Virus record (IMG/VR): IMGVR_UViG_3300046000_004867
Location: 1-45,867 of that record
Direction: 5' to 3' (one strand)
Length of the DNA: 45,867 nucleotides
Source of the DNA: a virus
Taxonomy: Duplodnaviria > Caudoviricetes
Shown: in pieces, positions 27,498 to 35,441 of the stretch
Layout of the letters: every line of letters starts with the position of its first letter
Numbering within the stretch: the first letter of the stretch is position 1
The notes under the pieces: generated by a model
What the model was told of the DNA's origin: nothing
What the model saw: only the letters and a program-made list of their open reading frames with translations
Databases searched by the model: none
Translations under genes and position numbers: made by a program

Positions 27498-27970
27498 GCC
27501 AGATCCCCGAAGCTGTCGGCGTCATCCTTGCGTGCCTGGGCCATGGCCAGCAGCTGCGCCACGCGCGCGCTGCGGGTGGCCTCGTCCACTTGCAGGCTGC
27601 CATCGGTGTTGGTGACGTCAAGGCCCTGCTTCAAGCCGTAGCGCTTGGGCGCCATGCGCTCGGCCAGCCAGCGCCGCGTCTCGATGCGCAGCTTGCTGTG
27701 CGCAACGTGGCCTGTGTCAACACCACCGAACTGGTTCAGGGCTGGCGCCCCGTCTGCGATGTCCAGTGTGTCCTCGACCAGGGCATCAATCCCCTCGTCC
27801 TTAGCTCGCGCGTATTCGAGAGCAAAGCCATCACGATCAGCCACAACCCACTTGATCACGGTCTCGCGCGCTATGCCAATTTCCTTGGTTGTGCGCAGCA
27901 AGCTGCCTGTCACACGCAGCGACTCCAGAACGCGCTGCGCCAGTTCAGGTGTGTAAATCTCTTTGCCCAT
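27494..27970 (-). CDS. terS: Terminase small subunit
   Basis: YTPELA HTH..YARAK..IADG..KLRIETRRWLAERMAPKRYG (Sf6/P22-like TerS). Confidence 0.9.
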   Translation of the reverse strand: MGKEIYTPELAQRVLESLRVTGSLLRTTKEIGIARETVIKWVVADRDGFALEYARAKDEGIDALVEDTLDIADGAPALNQFGGVDTGHVAHSKLRIETRRWLAERMAPKRYGLKQGLDVTNTDGSLQVDEATRSARVAQLLAMAQARKDDADSFGDLA

Positions 27971-27977
27971 GTGAATC

Positions 27978-28009
27978 ACTTTAGCGCCGTGCTAACCGCT
28001 CACGGACAC
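27978..28009 (-). promoter_or_regulatory. Late promoter motif copy (terminase operon): GTGTCCGTG-N17-TAAAGT
   Basis: Repeated motif; -10 lies 7 nt before terS ATG; 9-mer lies within the last codons of the upstream HTH gene. Confidence 0.78.
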
Positions 28010-28228
28010 GCGCACCAGGCGCGCTGCCGACTGGTTGCGGTTGCGTCCAGTGCAGATCCAACGAGCGCACGACTTGCTGACCTCAAACTTCTGCGCCAGC
28101 CAGGCATAGCTGTAGCCCTCGTCACGCAGGTCCAGCAGCACCGCCACCTCTTCATCGGTCAGCTTGGCGCCTGGATGCTCCTGTCCTATTCGGTGACCCC
28201 GATCGTTGATTGCTACCAGTTTCTGCAT
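27992..28228 (-). CDS. Small HTH DNA-binding protein, candidate late-gene activator
   Basis: GQEHPGAKLTDEEV..GYSYAWLAQKFEVSKSCARWI helix-turn-helix; last gene before first late promoter. Confidence 0.7.
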   Translation of the reverse strand: MQKLVAINDRGHRIGQEHPGAKLTDEEVAVLLDLRDEGYSYAWLAQKFEVSKSCARWICTGRNRNQSAARLVRVSVSG

Positions 28229-28267
28229 GATTTGCCTTTCGTGCGATTTATTACCCGTTCCCGTGGC

Positions 28268-28376
28268 TGTCCTGTCTGTCCTGCCAAAACATGCGTTTTT
28301 ACTATTACCTCTCTAGAGAATTCTTTCTTAGAACCGATAACAGGAAAACAGCATAAATAACAGGACAGACAGGACA
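28268..28376. other. Putative replication origin
   Basis: Perfect 16-bp inverted repeat TGTCCTGTCTGTCCTG / CAGGACAGACAGGACA around an AT-rich spacer, immediately after the primase-helicase stop. Confidence 0.6.
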
Positions 28377-28378
28377 CT

Positions 28379-30907
28379 TTAGGACTCCAGAAGCCTCAAA
28401 CCCGCAAGCGTCACCACTTCCCTGCGTTTTCCTGCAGATCCAATCTGCTTTTTGTTGCGCTTTTGAAAATATGGAGCAATCCGCTCGAGCTCCTGAACGA
28501 GTCGAGTTTTGCTTAAAGCGTGGAATCCCCCCTCGCCACACCACGCGCGATAGGCCTCGTACACCCCGCCAAAGTCGCCCCCGAGGGGCGCTTCAAACTC
28601 CTTGCCAAGCTCACAACACTCGCGCACAAACTGCCCCACGCGGTCCTGCTCGGCCTGGTAGTCCTTGGACGCGGCCATGACGGCATCAGGCGCCTGCAGC
28701 CCGTCCTGGAACCACACCCGGGCGCCCTCCACCACCCAGGTCAGCACGCCCTGGATCTCGCCCTTCAGGCGCTCGGCGATGCGGGTGTCCTTGATGAAGT
28801 GAGCGCGGCCTGCGTTGACCTCCTCCGCCGACGCAAAGCGCGCCAGGTAGGGAACGAGCAGCACGCGGCGCCAGATGCCGTTGTCCTGCCCCTTGATGAT
28901 GGGTTTGTAGTTGGTCAGCAGCTGCAGCTTGTGGGTGGGGTCGAACTCAAAGAAGTCACCACGCATGAACCGTGCCTTGACCTTGTCGCTGCCGGTGAGG
29001 TGTTTTACGGTGTCTTCCTTGAGGTGCCCGCCCTCTCCGGTCTCGTGCGAGGTCACCATGCGCCGGCCAAACAGGTCGGCCACCTCGGTGGGGTGGCGGT
29101 CGCGCCCGTTGCCCACCAGCAGGCCTGGCGCACCGGTGGCTGCGTAGTCGCCCAGCACCTCGGCCACGGTGTCCAGGATCGTGCTCTTGCCGTTGGAGCC
29201 CTGCCCGTAGTGCACGACGAACCCCTGCTCGCGCGTGCTGCCTGTGGCGCAGTACCCAAACCAGCGTTGCAGGAACCTGGCCAGCGGGCGGGTAGTCATG
29301 CCCTCCTCGAGCGTCACGCGTGCGATCACGTTCTCCCAGGCTGCGCTGCGCGCCTCTGGGTCGTACTCGAGCGCGATCAGCTTGGTGATGAAGTCGTCGG
29401 GATTGTGCGGGCCGATGGCGCCGGTGCGCAGATCCACCGTGCCGTTGATGCAGTTGAGCAGCCACGGGTTGCGATCGATCTGGTTCTCGTTGACGGTCAG
29501 CATCTTCTTGGCCAGCCCCACGGCCGCCTCGATCGCTGACTTCATCTCGCTCTTGGCGGCCCACTTGGCCAGCGCGTCGGTGATCTTGCCGTTGCGCTCG
29601 CTCTCCTCGGCCGCGGTGGTCTTCTTTGCGCGCCAGGCATCCGCCTCGGCGTGGATCAGCTTGGAGAGCCGGCACGCGTAGCGGTACACCTCCCCATCGT
29701 CCTTCTCCCAGCGCATGCCCGTCCACGCGTACCACTGGCCCGCCACCACGATCAAGCGCTTGCCATACTTCGTCACGATGCGCCCCGCGTTGGCTTGGTC
29801 GGTCGTGAGATGGTGCGCCTCGGGTATGCCCTTGCGCTGCGGCTGCGAGCTGGCGTCGTCACCCGGCACGGGCGCCTTGGTCTCGTCTTGGAAGTCGTCG
29901 ATCACCTCGTTGACGCCCAGGCGCGACAGGAACTGGCCACGACCTCGGCCCACGCAGCCGTCGTGCAGGCACTTGAAGTTGCCCTGGGCGTAGCCGCCGG
30001 TGTTGGGTGGGTAGTACATGGTGGAGCTCTCGGCGCCCTCGCCCGTGCCGTGCTCATCCACGAACGGGCACACCACGTTCAGGCCGCCGTCGCGCCCCTG
30101 GCCGCGCACAAGTCCCTGGTCGTAGAGCGCCTGAGCGATCGGGTCTTCAGTGGCCACGTTGAGCAGCCGCTGCCCGCGGCCTCCTGCGTGGCTCTGGGCT
30201 TCAGCCAGCACCGTGGCGTCGATCTCGAGCACCACCTCATCGCCGAACAGCCCGCCCACGAAGCCCGAGCGTGTGGGGTACGGATCGAGCTGCCCCTCCT
30301 CGAACACAGGCAACGCTGTGTAGTGCACCTGCACCGGGTTGAACAGCGCCAGGTCAGCCTTCAACCCCGTGGCCTTGGCCCAGGTCTTGAGCTGCGCCGA
30401 GGTGAGCGCCGTATCCAGCCAGAACCACAGGTGAGCGCGCAGTTCGGTGCCCTTGGTTGGGTGGCCCGCGCTGTTGGAGAGTTGCCAGTGGTAACCCGCT
30501 CCGTGGAAGGCCTCGGGCAGCATGCTGAACACGAACTCGTCGATCGCCATGAGCGGATCGGTCAGCGCGTCAGCGGTGAGCGGCTCGAACTTGTCGATGT
30601 CGATCAGCACCGTGTGTAGTGGCTGGTCGTCGAAGTAGTCAAGAGCTCGGCGCACCTTGCCGGCCTGGAACTCAGGGTCGCGCTGCTGCGCGAGCTCGGG
30701 GCCCGCGTACTTGCCACGAATCACGCATGCCTTGGGGTGCGCTTCAATCTTCGTGAGCAGGGCAGACAGTTCGGTGAGGTTGTGGACTTGCTTCTCGACC
30801 AGTTTGAAGAACTTGGCGTCGCCGTAGGCACTCATCGTGCCGTCTGCTTTCCATGTCTTGGCCAGTAGGCTGGTCGTGTGGTGCAGTGTGCTGATGGTGT
30901 CGGTCAT
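28379..30907 (-). CDS. Primase-helicase, P4/D5 family (SF3 helicase)
   Basis: Putative primase N-terminus (RAHLWFW), Zn-like CPF..H..CLHDGC, D5_N (LLNCINGTVDL), Walker A GQGSNGKST, GIWRR. Confidence 0.9.
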   Translation of the reverse strand: MTDTISTLHHTTSLLAKTWKADGTMSAYGDAKFFKLVEKQVHNLTELSALLTKIEAHPKACVIRGKYAGPELAQQRDPEFQAGKVRRALDYFDDQPLHTVLIDIDKFEPLTADALTDPLMAIDEFVFSMLPEAFHGAGYHWQLSNSAGHPTKGTELRAHLWFWLDTALTSAQLKTWAKATGLKADLALFNPVQVHYTALPVFEEGQLDPYPTRSGFVGGLFGDEVVLEIDATVLAEAQSHAGGRGQRLLNVATEDPIAQALYDQGLVRGQGRDGGLNVVCPFVDEHGTGEGAESSTMYYPPNTGGYAQGNFKCLHDGCVGRGRGQFLSRLGVNEVIDDFQDETKAPVPGDDASSQPQRKGIPEAHHLTTDQANAGRIVTKYGKRLIVVAGQWYAWTGMRWEKDDGEVYRYACRLSKLIHAEADAWRAKKTTAAEESERNGKITDALAKWAAKSEMKSAIEAAVGLAKKMLTVNENQIDRNPWLLNCINGTVDLRTGAIGPHNPDDFITKLIALEYDPEARSAAWENVIARVTLEEGMTTRPLARFLQRWFGYCATGSTREQGFVVHYGQGSNGKSTILDTVAEVLGDYAATGAPGLLVGNGRDRHPTEVADLFGRRMVTSHETGEGGHLKEDTVKHLTGSDKVKARFMRGDFFEFDPTHKLQLLTNYKPIIKGQDNGIWRRVLLVPYLARFASAEEVNAGRAHFIKDTRIAERLKGEIQGVLTWVVEGARVWFQDGLQAPDAVMAASKDYQAEQDRVGQFVRECCELGKEFEAPLGGDFGGVYEAYRAWCGEGGFHALSKTRLVQELERIAPYFQKRNKKQIGSAGKRREVVTLAGLRLLES

Positions 30908-31083
30908 TTAGCGTCCCCGATCAGCTCCCATGCTGCCTCGAAGTACGCAAGCCTCACGCCAGGGGCGTTGCGCATCCTGTGCAAGGTGTTGACTAGTTCT
31001 TTGTCGGGGTGAGAGTTGAGCAGTACGTGCAAGAGTTTGAAGAACTCAAGCGTTTGCTTGTCTGTCTCAGGCATGTGTGGCAT
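30904..31083 (-). CDS. 59-aa hypothetical protein coupled to primase
   Basis: Manual translation MPHMPETDKQTLEFF..AWELIGDAK; ATGA overlap with primase start. Confidence 0.6.
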   Translation of the reverse strand: MPHMPETDKQTLEFFKLLHVLLNSHPDKELVNTLHRMRNAPGVRLAYFEAAWELIGDAK

Positions 31084-31100
31084 TTGGCGCTTTCAAAAAG

Positions 31101-31177
31101 AAAGCCAGGTGAGGAGGTCGCATTCAGCGCCAACCGACCCGAACCTAAATACGGGAGCGACCCCCTCACCTGGCTTT
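31101..31177 (-). ncRNA. C4/CI-like antisense RNA or attenuator candidate
   Basis: Long closing stem AAAGCCAGGTGAGG..CCTCACCTGGCTTT; internal loops complementary to flanking sites 31084-31091 and 31180-31201. Confidence 0.55.
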
Positions 31178-31227
31178 TCTAGGTTTATCTGTCTGGTTGG
31201 CCCCCAGACTTTAGCACACCGTAAACC

Positions 31228-31401
31228 CTACACCACCCTGCCCCACCGGCGCAGCCACATTCCGGTGAACTCGACCTCGCCGCGCTGGCGGGCCAGGACC
31301 GTGTATTCGCACACCCAGGTGGCGCGCTCCCTGCGCACCAGCAGCAGCACGTTGCCACTGGGCAGCATCACCCGCATGCCGATGTGCAGGGTCGTGATCA
31401 T
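31228..31401 (-). CDS. Hypothetical protein (57 aa)
   Basis: 3' part of ORF 31228..31575; ATGA-coupled start. Confidence 0.55.
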   Translation of the reverse strand: MITTLHIGMRVMLPSGNVLLLVRRERATWVCEYTVLARQRGEVEFTGMWLRRWGRVV

Positions 31402-31484
31402 TCTGAGTCGCGCCCCGCCGACATCAGCGCCGAGGTGAAGAAGCCCAGGAAGAACCCGAGCCAAATACCGAAAAGCATGGTCAT
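31398..31484 (-). CDS. 28-aa membrane peptide MTMLFGIWLGFFLGFFTSALMSAGRDSE
   Basis: Manual translation; ATGA overlaps on both ends. Confidence 0.55.
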   Translation of the reverse strand: MTMLFGIWLGFFLGFFTSALMSAGRDSE

Positions 31485-31810
31485 ACGTCGAGCTCCATCT
31501 GGCGACTATCAACGATCGGGAAATCCGAGACCACGGCGCGCTGGCCCAGGCACTTGGCAGCGTACTGGCATGCACGGCAGGCCTCGCACAGATCCGTGCG
31601 GTAGACCTTGGGCAAGCGGCCCTTGCTGTGCTTGTGCATCTCCGCCGCGGCGCCCTCGATCTTGCCGGCCATCACGGCGCTGGCCTGGCGGTGGCCGCCG
31701 GCCAGCTGGTAGAGGTGCGCGCGGGAGGTCCCGGCTTTCTGCGCGAGGAGGGCCTGCTCGTCGGGCGTGGCCGCCGACATCCAGACCTGCATAGGGTGTA
31801 GGGTTTTCAT
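31481..31810 (-). CDS. Cro-like HTH regulator with C-terminal CxxCxxC motif
   Basis: QALLAQKAGTSRAHLYQLAGGHR HTH; divergent from repressor. Confidence 0.8.
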   Translation of the reverse strand: MKTLHPMQVWMSAATPDEQALLAQKAGTSRAHLYQLAGGHRQASAVMAGKIEGAAAEMHKHSKGRLPKVYRTDLCEACRACQYAAKCLGQRAVVSDFPIVDSRQMELDV

Positions 31811-31874
31811 GCGCAGTAGTTTAGCAGAGCGTAAGGCCATTGCACACCACGCTAAGGTTTGGTAGCGTTATTGG
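31811..31874. promoter_or_regulatory. Divergent switch region
   Basis: Plus strand TTGCAC-N17-TAGCGT (31840-31868) 6 nt before repressor ATG; minus strand TG-C-TAAACT 7 nt before cro ATG; TAGCAGAGCGTA operator-like site. Confidence 0.6.
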
Positions 31875-32291
31875 ATGCAATCCTCTGTGTATGAGACGCG
31901 CCGGGAGAACCTGCGCAAAATCCAGGTCGAGTGGGGTGGACCCACGTCGATGGCGAAGAAGCTCGGCCACAGCAATGGCTCCTACCTGGCCCAGCTCATC
32001 GGCCCCCACCCCAGCCGTGAGATCTCCGAGAAGGTCGCGCGCGAGATCGAGGCCAAGCTCTCACTGCCATTAGGTTGGCTCGATACGCCCCGCGGTGAAC
32101 AGGCCCGCAAGATCGACGACGACACCCTGGGCGAGTGCGCGGGGGCTGTGGCCGCTGCTGTTCGCGACGCAGGTCTCAAACCCGCCCCCAAAGTGTTCGG
32201 CGAACTGGTTACTCTGGCCTATGAGCACACCAAGCTCACGGGCAGAGTAGACGAGCCCTTCATCCAACGACTTGTGAGGCTTTTGAAATGA
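31875..32291 (+). CDS. CI-like HTH repressor (no S24 peptidase domain)
   Basis: RRENLR..GGPTSMAKKLGHSNGSYLAQL..ISEKVAREIEAKLSLPLGWLD. Confidence 0.85.
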   Translation: MQSSVYETRRENLRKIQVEWGGPTSMAKKLGHSNGSYLAQLIGPHPSREISEKVAREIEAKLSLPLGWLDTPRGEQARKIDDDTLGECAGAVAAAVRDAGLKPAPKVFGELVTLAYEHTKLTGRVDEPFIQRLVRLLK

Positions 32292-32455
32292 TGGAACAGC
32301 AGCTGAAGCAACGGATCGCTTACCTCGTAGAGCATGGTGGGATCGTCGACGACCCGCTAGATGAGCTGCACCGCAAGGTGCGGGTGCTGACCTGGATGGT
32401 GAGCGTGGCGCTCACCCTGGATGTGGCGCAGCTGCTGGCACGTTTGATGGTGTAA
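32288..32455 (+). CDS. 55-aa protein with hydrophobic C-terminus, co-transcribed with repressor
   Basis: Manual translation MMEQQLKQRIAYLVEHGG..VLTWMVSVALTLDVAQLLARLMV; ATGA overlap. Confidence 0.6.
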   Translation: MMEQQLKQRIAYLVEHGGIVDDPLDELHRKVRVLTWMVSVALTLDVAQLLARLMV

Positions 32456-32472
32456 ACAATGATGGGGGAATT

Positions 32473-32500
32473 AAAGACCCGGCTTTTTAGTCGGGTTTTT
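32473..32500 (+). terminator. Rho-independent terminator of repressor operon
   Basis: ACCCGGCT-TTTT-AGTCGGGT hairpin followed by T run. Confidence 0.75.
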
Positions 32501-32501
32501 A

Positions 32502-32531
32502 TTGCGTCATTGTTTTAGCATGTGCTACAAT
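32502..32531 (+). promoter_or_regulatory. Early promoter with palindromic operator TAGCATGTGCTA
   Basis: TTGCGT-N18-TACAAT with extended -10 TG; operator 32516-32527. Confidence 0.7.
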
Positions 32532-32657
32532 TCAATCACACCAACCGAAAGGAACCGCATGAAAAAGTAAACCCCACCGCAAAGCCCTGGTGTCCACTTT
32601 AGGTGTGTCACGTTGAGCAGGGCTTTCCAGTGTGATTAACAACCCTGAAAGCAGAAA

Positions 32658-32903
32658 ATGAACTACCGCCGCCGCCGCGACGACCCCGTCGTCATCCACG
32701 ACTCGCCCAGCTACCAGCTCATGGCCACCATGGACGTGACGCACTACGGCATCAGTCTGAAGCTGATCAGCTTCATGCCTGGCGCCGTGCGCCCAGAGCA
32801 CCACGTGCAGTTCCAGGCCCTGCTGTCCGTCGATGAGCTGACTATTTTTAAGAATGCCATTGAAAAAGTTTTGTCCCGTGCTGTAGCATCCGCTACAATC
32901 TAG
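32658..32903 (+). CDS. Hypothetical protein
   Basis: 81-aa ORF on the early strand. Confidence 0.6.
   Translation: MNYRRRRDDPVVIHDSPSYQLMATMDVTHYGISLKLISFMPGAVRPEHHVQFQALLSVDELTIFKNAIEKVLSRAVASATI
32871..32899 (+). promoter_or_regulatory. Early promoter with operator TAGCATCCGCTA
   Basis: TTGTCC-N17-TACAAT; operator 32884-32895. Confidence 0.7.
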
Positions 32904-32928
32904 TTTATCAACCCGAAAGGAAAACCCC

Positions 32929-33354
32929 GTGATCCAAGTTACTCTCTCTTTCCCCGACCAGCAGGCCCTGGTCAACTTCTTTGCTGGCCAGCAGGCTGGC
33001 ACCAACCGACGCGCCAGCGACGTGGTGGAAAAGGTGGAAGCAAAAAAGCCCCAGTCCTCCAAGGCTGCAGCTACCCCCACTGCTACCGTGACGGCTCCTG
33101 CGAAAGTCGAACCTGCTGTGGAGTCCCCTTCTGACCCAAAGCCCGTGGAGCCAACTGGCTCTTCGACGAAGCCCTCCGCCTCAGTCGACTACCCTACCCT
33201 CCAGAAGGCAGTGTTCGCCCTGGCCGGTAAGAGCCGCGAGTCTGCTGGCGCAGTGGCCGCATCCTTTGGCGTGAAGACGTTCAAGGAACTGCCCGAAGCC
33301 AAGTGGGCCGACGCCCTGGTCGCTGTGAACGCCGCATTGGCAGAGGCTGCGTAA
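32929..33354 (+). CDS. Phage protein preceding DUF2800 (Pro/Ala linker, helical C-terminus)
   Basis: FGVKTFKELPEAKW C-terminal motif; AAGGA RBS. Confidence 0.7.
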   Translation: MIQVTLSFPDQQALVNFFAGQQAGTNRRASDVVEKVEAKKPQSSKAAATPTATVTAPAKVEPAVESPSDPKPVEPTGSSTKPSASVDYPTLQKAVFALAGKSRESAGAVAASFGVKTFKELPEAKWADALVAVNAALAEAA

Positions 33355-34634
33355 TGAGCGCCGATCTCGCACACAGCAAGTGGTCGGCCTCGGGCTTCGA
33401 GTCGATCATGTTGTGCCCTGGCAAGAAGGTGCTCGAAGCTGGCAAGCCCAACAGCACCAGCAAGTACGCAGCCGAAGGCACCGCGGCGCACCAGGTTCTG
33501 ACCTGGGCGCTGCAGCAGGACAAGCCCGCTGCTCACTTCGTCAGCACCGTGATCGAGGCCGACGGCTTTGTGTTTGTGGTGGACGAGGACATGGCCCGCC
33601 ACGTCCAAGTCTGCATCGACTACGCCAACGACCTCAAGGGCGACGACGGCATCATCTTTGCCGACATCCGCGTGAACTACCACGAGTACCTGGACACGCC
33701 AGAGCTCGAGGCCTGGGGCACCGCCGACGTGATCATCGCCCGGGGCACCGAGCTGATCATTTGTGATTTCAAATATGGGATGGGCGTCGAGGTGAGCGCC
33801 GAGCGCAATCCTCAGATGTCACTCTACGGCCTGGGGGCACTGCAGCAGTTCCACGGTGTGGTCGCTGACTTTGAGACCGTGCGCCTGGCCATCAGCCAGC
33901 CACGTATCAAGGTGGCGCCCAGCGAATTCGACATGACCGTGGCCGAGCTCGAGGCCTGGGGCCGTGGTGCTGCACGCAGTGCGGTGAACAGCTGCAAGAA
34001 CGCCATGGCCTGGGTGGGCAACGACCCGAAGGAATTCGAGCGCACCTACCTGCACCCGAACGAGAAGAGCTGCAAATTCTGTAAAGCCAAGGCCACCTGC
34101 CCAGCGCTGCGCGCGGAAGTGGCAAGTACCGTTACCGGCAGTGCCGCCAGTGCGGATGACTTTAGCGACGTGACGGAGCAATCCGTGTCGATCGCGCTGC
34201 TTAACCAACGCCCTGACGATTACCTGGCCGCCTGCTTATCCAAAGCCGACCTAATAGAGGACTGGTGCAAGGCCGTGCGCGCCGAGGTCGAGCGCCGCCT
34301 GCTGGCTGGTGATGGTGTGCCAGGCTACAAGCTGGTGCAGGGCAAGCGCGGTGCACGCCAGTGGACCAACGCAGCCGAGGCCGAGGCCATGCTCAAGAGC
34401 ATGCGACTCAAAGAGGCCGAGATGTACGACTTCAAGCTGATCAGCCCCACAACGGCCGACAAGCTGGCCAAGGCCGAAGTCATTGGCAAACGCCAGTGGC
34501 CCAAGCTGCAGACGCTGATCGTTCAGCGCGAGGGTGCCCCGCACGTGGCCCCGGTTTCCGATTCACGCCCGGCCTTGACGGTCACACCGGTTGTTGATGA
34601 CTTCGCAGACGTGACTGTCGATTCTCTCGCTTAA
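33354..34634 (+). CDS. DUF2800 Cas4-like PD-(D/E)xK exonuclease
   Basis: HSKWSAS..CPG..AAEGTAAH..WGTAD..DFKYGMG..NPQMSLY..CKFCKAKATC. Confidence 0.9.
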   Translation: MSADLAHSKWSASGFESIMLCPGKKVLEAGKPNSTSKYAAEGTAAHQVLTWALQQDKPAAHFVSTVIEADGFVFVVDEDMARHVQVCIDYANDLKGDDGIIFADIRVNYHEYLDTPELEAWGTADVIIARGTELIICDFKYGMGVEVSAERNPQMSLYGLGALQQFHGVVADFETVRLAISQPRIKVAPSEFDMTVAELEAWGRGAARSAVNSCKNAMAWVGNDPKEFERTYLHPNEKSCKFCKAKATCPALRAEVASTVTGSAASADDFSDVTEQSVSIALLNQRPDDYLAACLSKADLIEDWCKAVRAEVERRLLAGDGVPGYKLVQGKRGARQWTNAAEAEAMLKSMRLKEAEMYDFKLISPTTADKLAKAEVIGKRQWPKLQTLIVQREGAPHVAPVSDSRPALTVTPVVDDFADVTVDSLA

Positions 34635-34658
34635 TTTTTCACTAAGGACTTTTCAACC

Positions 34659-35237
34659 ATGGCTACTACTCAAACCCCCGCAGGTCGCATCCTCCTCAAA
34701 AACGTGCGCCTGGCATTCCCCAACCTGTTCGAGCCCACCACCGTGGCCGGCGAAGGTAAGCCCCGTTACAGCGCCACCCTGCTGATCCCGGCCGACCACC
34801 CGCAGATCGAAGAGATCCGCGCCGCCCAGAACGCGATTGCCAAGGACAAGTGGCGCGACAAGGCCCCGGCCATCGTGCGTGGCCTGGACAAGCAGGACAA
34901 GCTGGCGCTGCACGACGGCGACACCAAGAGCAAGTACGACGGGTTCCCCGGCAACTTCTTTGTATCGGCCGCAGCGCAGGAGAACGCAGCGCCTACGGTC
35001 ATCGACCGCGACCGCTCGCCCCTGTCTGCCAAGTCTGGCCGCCCCTACGCTGGCTGCTTCGTGAACGCGAGCATCGAGCTCTGGGCCCAGGACAACAACT
35101 ACGGCCAGCGCGTGAATGCCCAGCTCCGTGGCATCCAGTTCTACAGCGACGGCGACAGCTTCAGCGCAGGCCGCCCAGCCGACGCTGACGAGTTCGAGGA
35201 AGTCACCGAGGGCGCCGGCGCCGACGACTTCGCGTAA
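34659..35237 (+). CDS. DUF2815 single-stranded DNA-binding protein
   Basis: NVRLAFPNLFEP..YSATLLI..LHDGD..YAGCFVNA..LRGIQF; acidic tail ending DDFA. Confidence 0.9.
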   Translation: MATTQTPAGRILLKNVRLAFPNLFEPTTVAGEGKPRYSATLLIPADHPQIEEIRAAQNAIAKDKWRDKAPAIVRGLDKQDKLALHDGDTKSKYDGFPGNFFVSAAAQENAAPTVIDRDRSPLSAKSGRPYAGCFVNASIELWAQDNNYGQRVNAQLRGIQFYSDGDSFSAGRPADADEFEEVTEGAGADDFA

Positions 35238-35240
35238 AGA

Positions 35241-35430
35241 CACTGCGGGGGCTTGCGCTCTCAAGTTTCGACTCACCCACGAGATACACAGCTAAGAGAT
35301 GGAGACCACTGCCGCCCGCGTCATTGACACGGCGGTGGTCCTGAAATACCTGCGCAAGCCCGTAAGTAACATGCAGGGATCTCTTGGAATAGGGTGATTT
35401 TTGGTGAGGGCCTAAAGGGTCTTCACCAAA
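35241..35430 (+). ncRNA. Structured intergenic RNA with bipartite antisense target upstream of polymerase
   Basis: GGGCTTGCGC/GCGCAAGCCC closing stem, GACCACTGCCG/CGGCGGTGGTC hairpin, loops complementary to 35379-35396, hairpin abutting the RBS. Confidence 0.55.
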
Positions 35431-35441
35431 GGAACAACAAA

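Noticed and set aside
27424-27621. N-terminal extension of TerL in the ORF track, or a TerS-TerL frameshift fusion
   Set aside because: Better explained by terS, a 25-aa coupled ORF and ATG 27423; no slippery site seen
33354-34634. Cas4-like nuclease as a sign of CRISPR-Cas
   Set aside because: Standard DUF2800-DUF2815-PolA replication module; no repeat-spacer array or other cas genes seen
35241-35370. tRNA or hammerhead ribozyme (TTCGA and CTGAAA words present)
   Set aside because: No canonical cloverleaf or CCA end and no CUGANGA/GAAA core in correct geometry; kept only as an unclassified structured RNA
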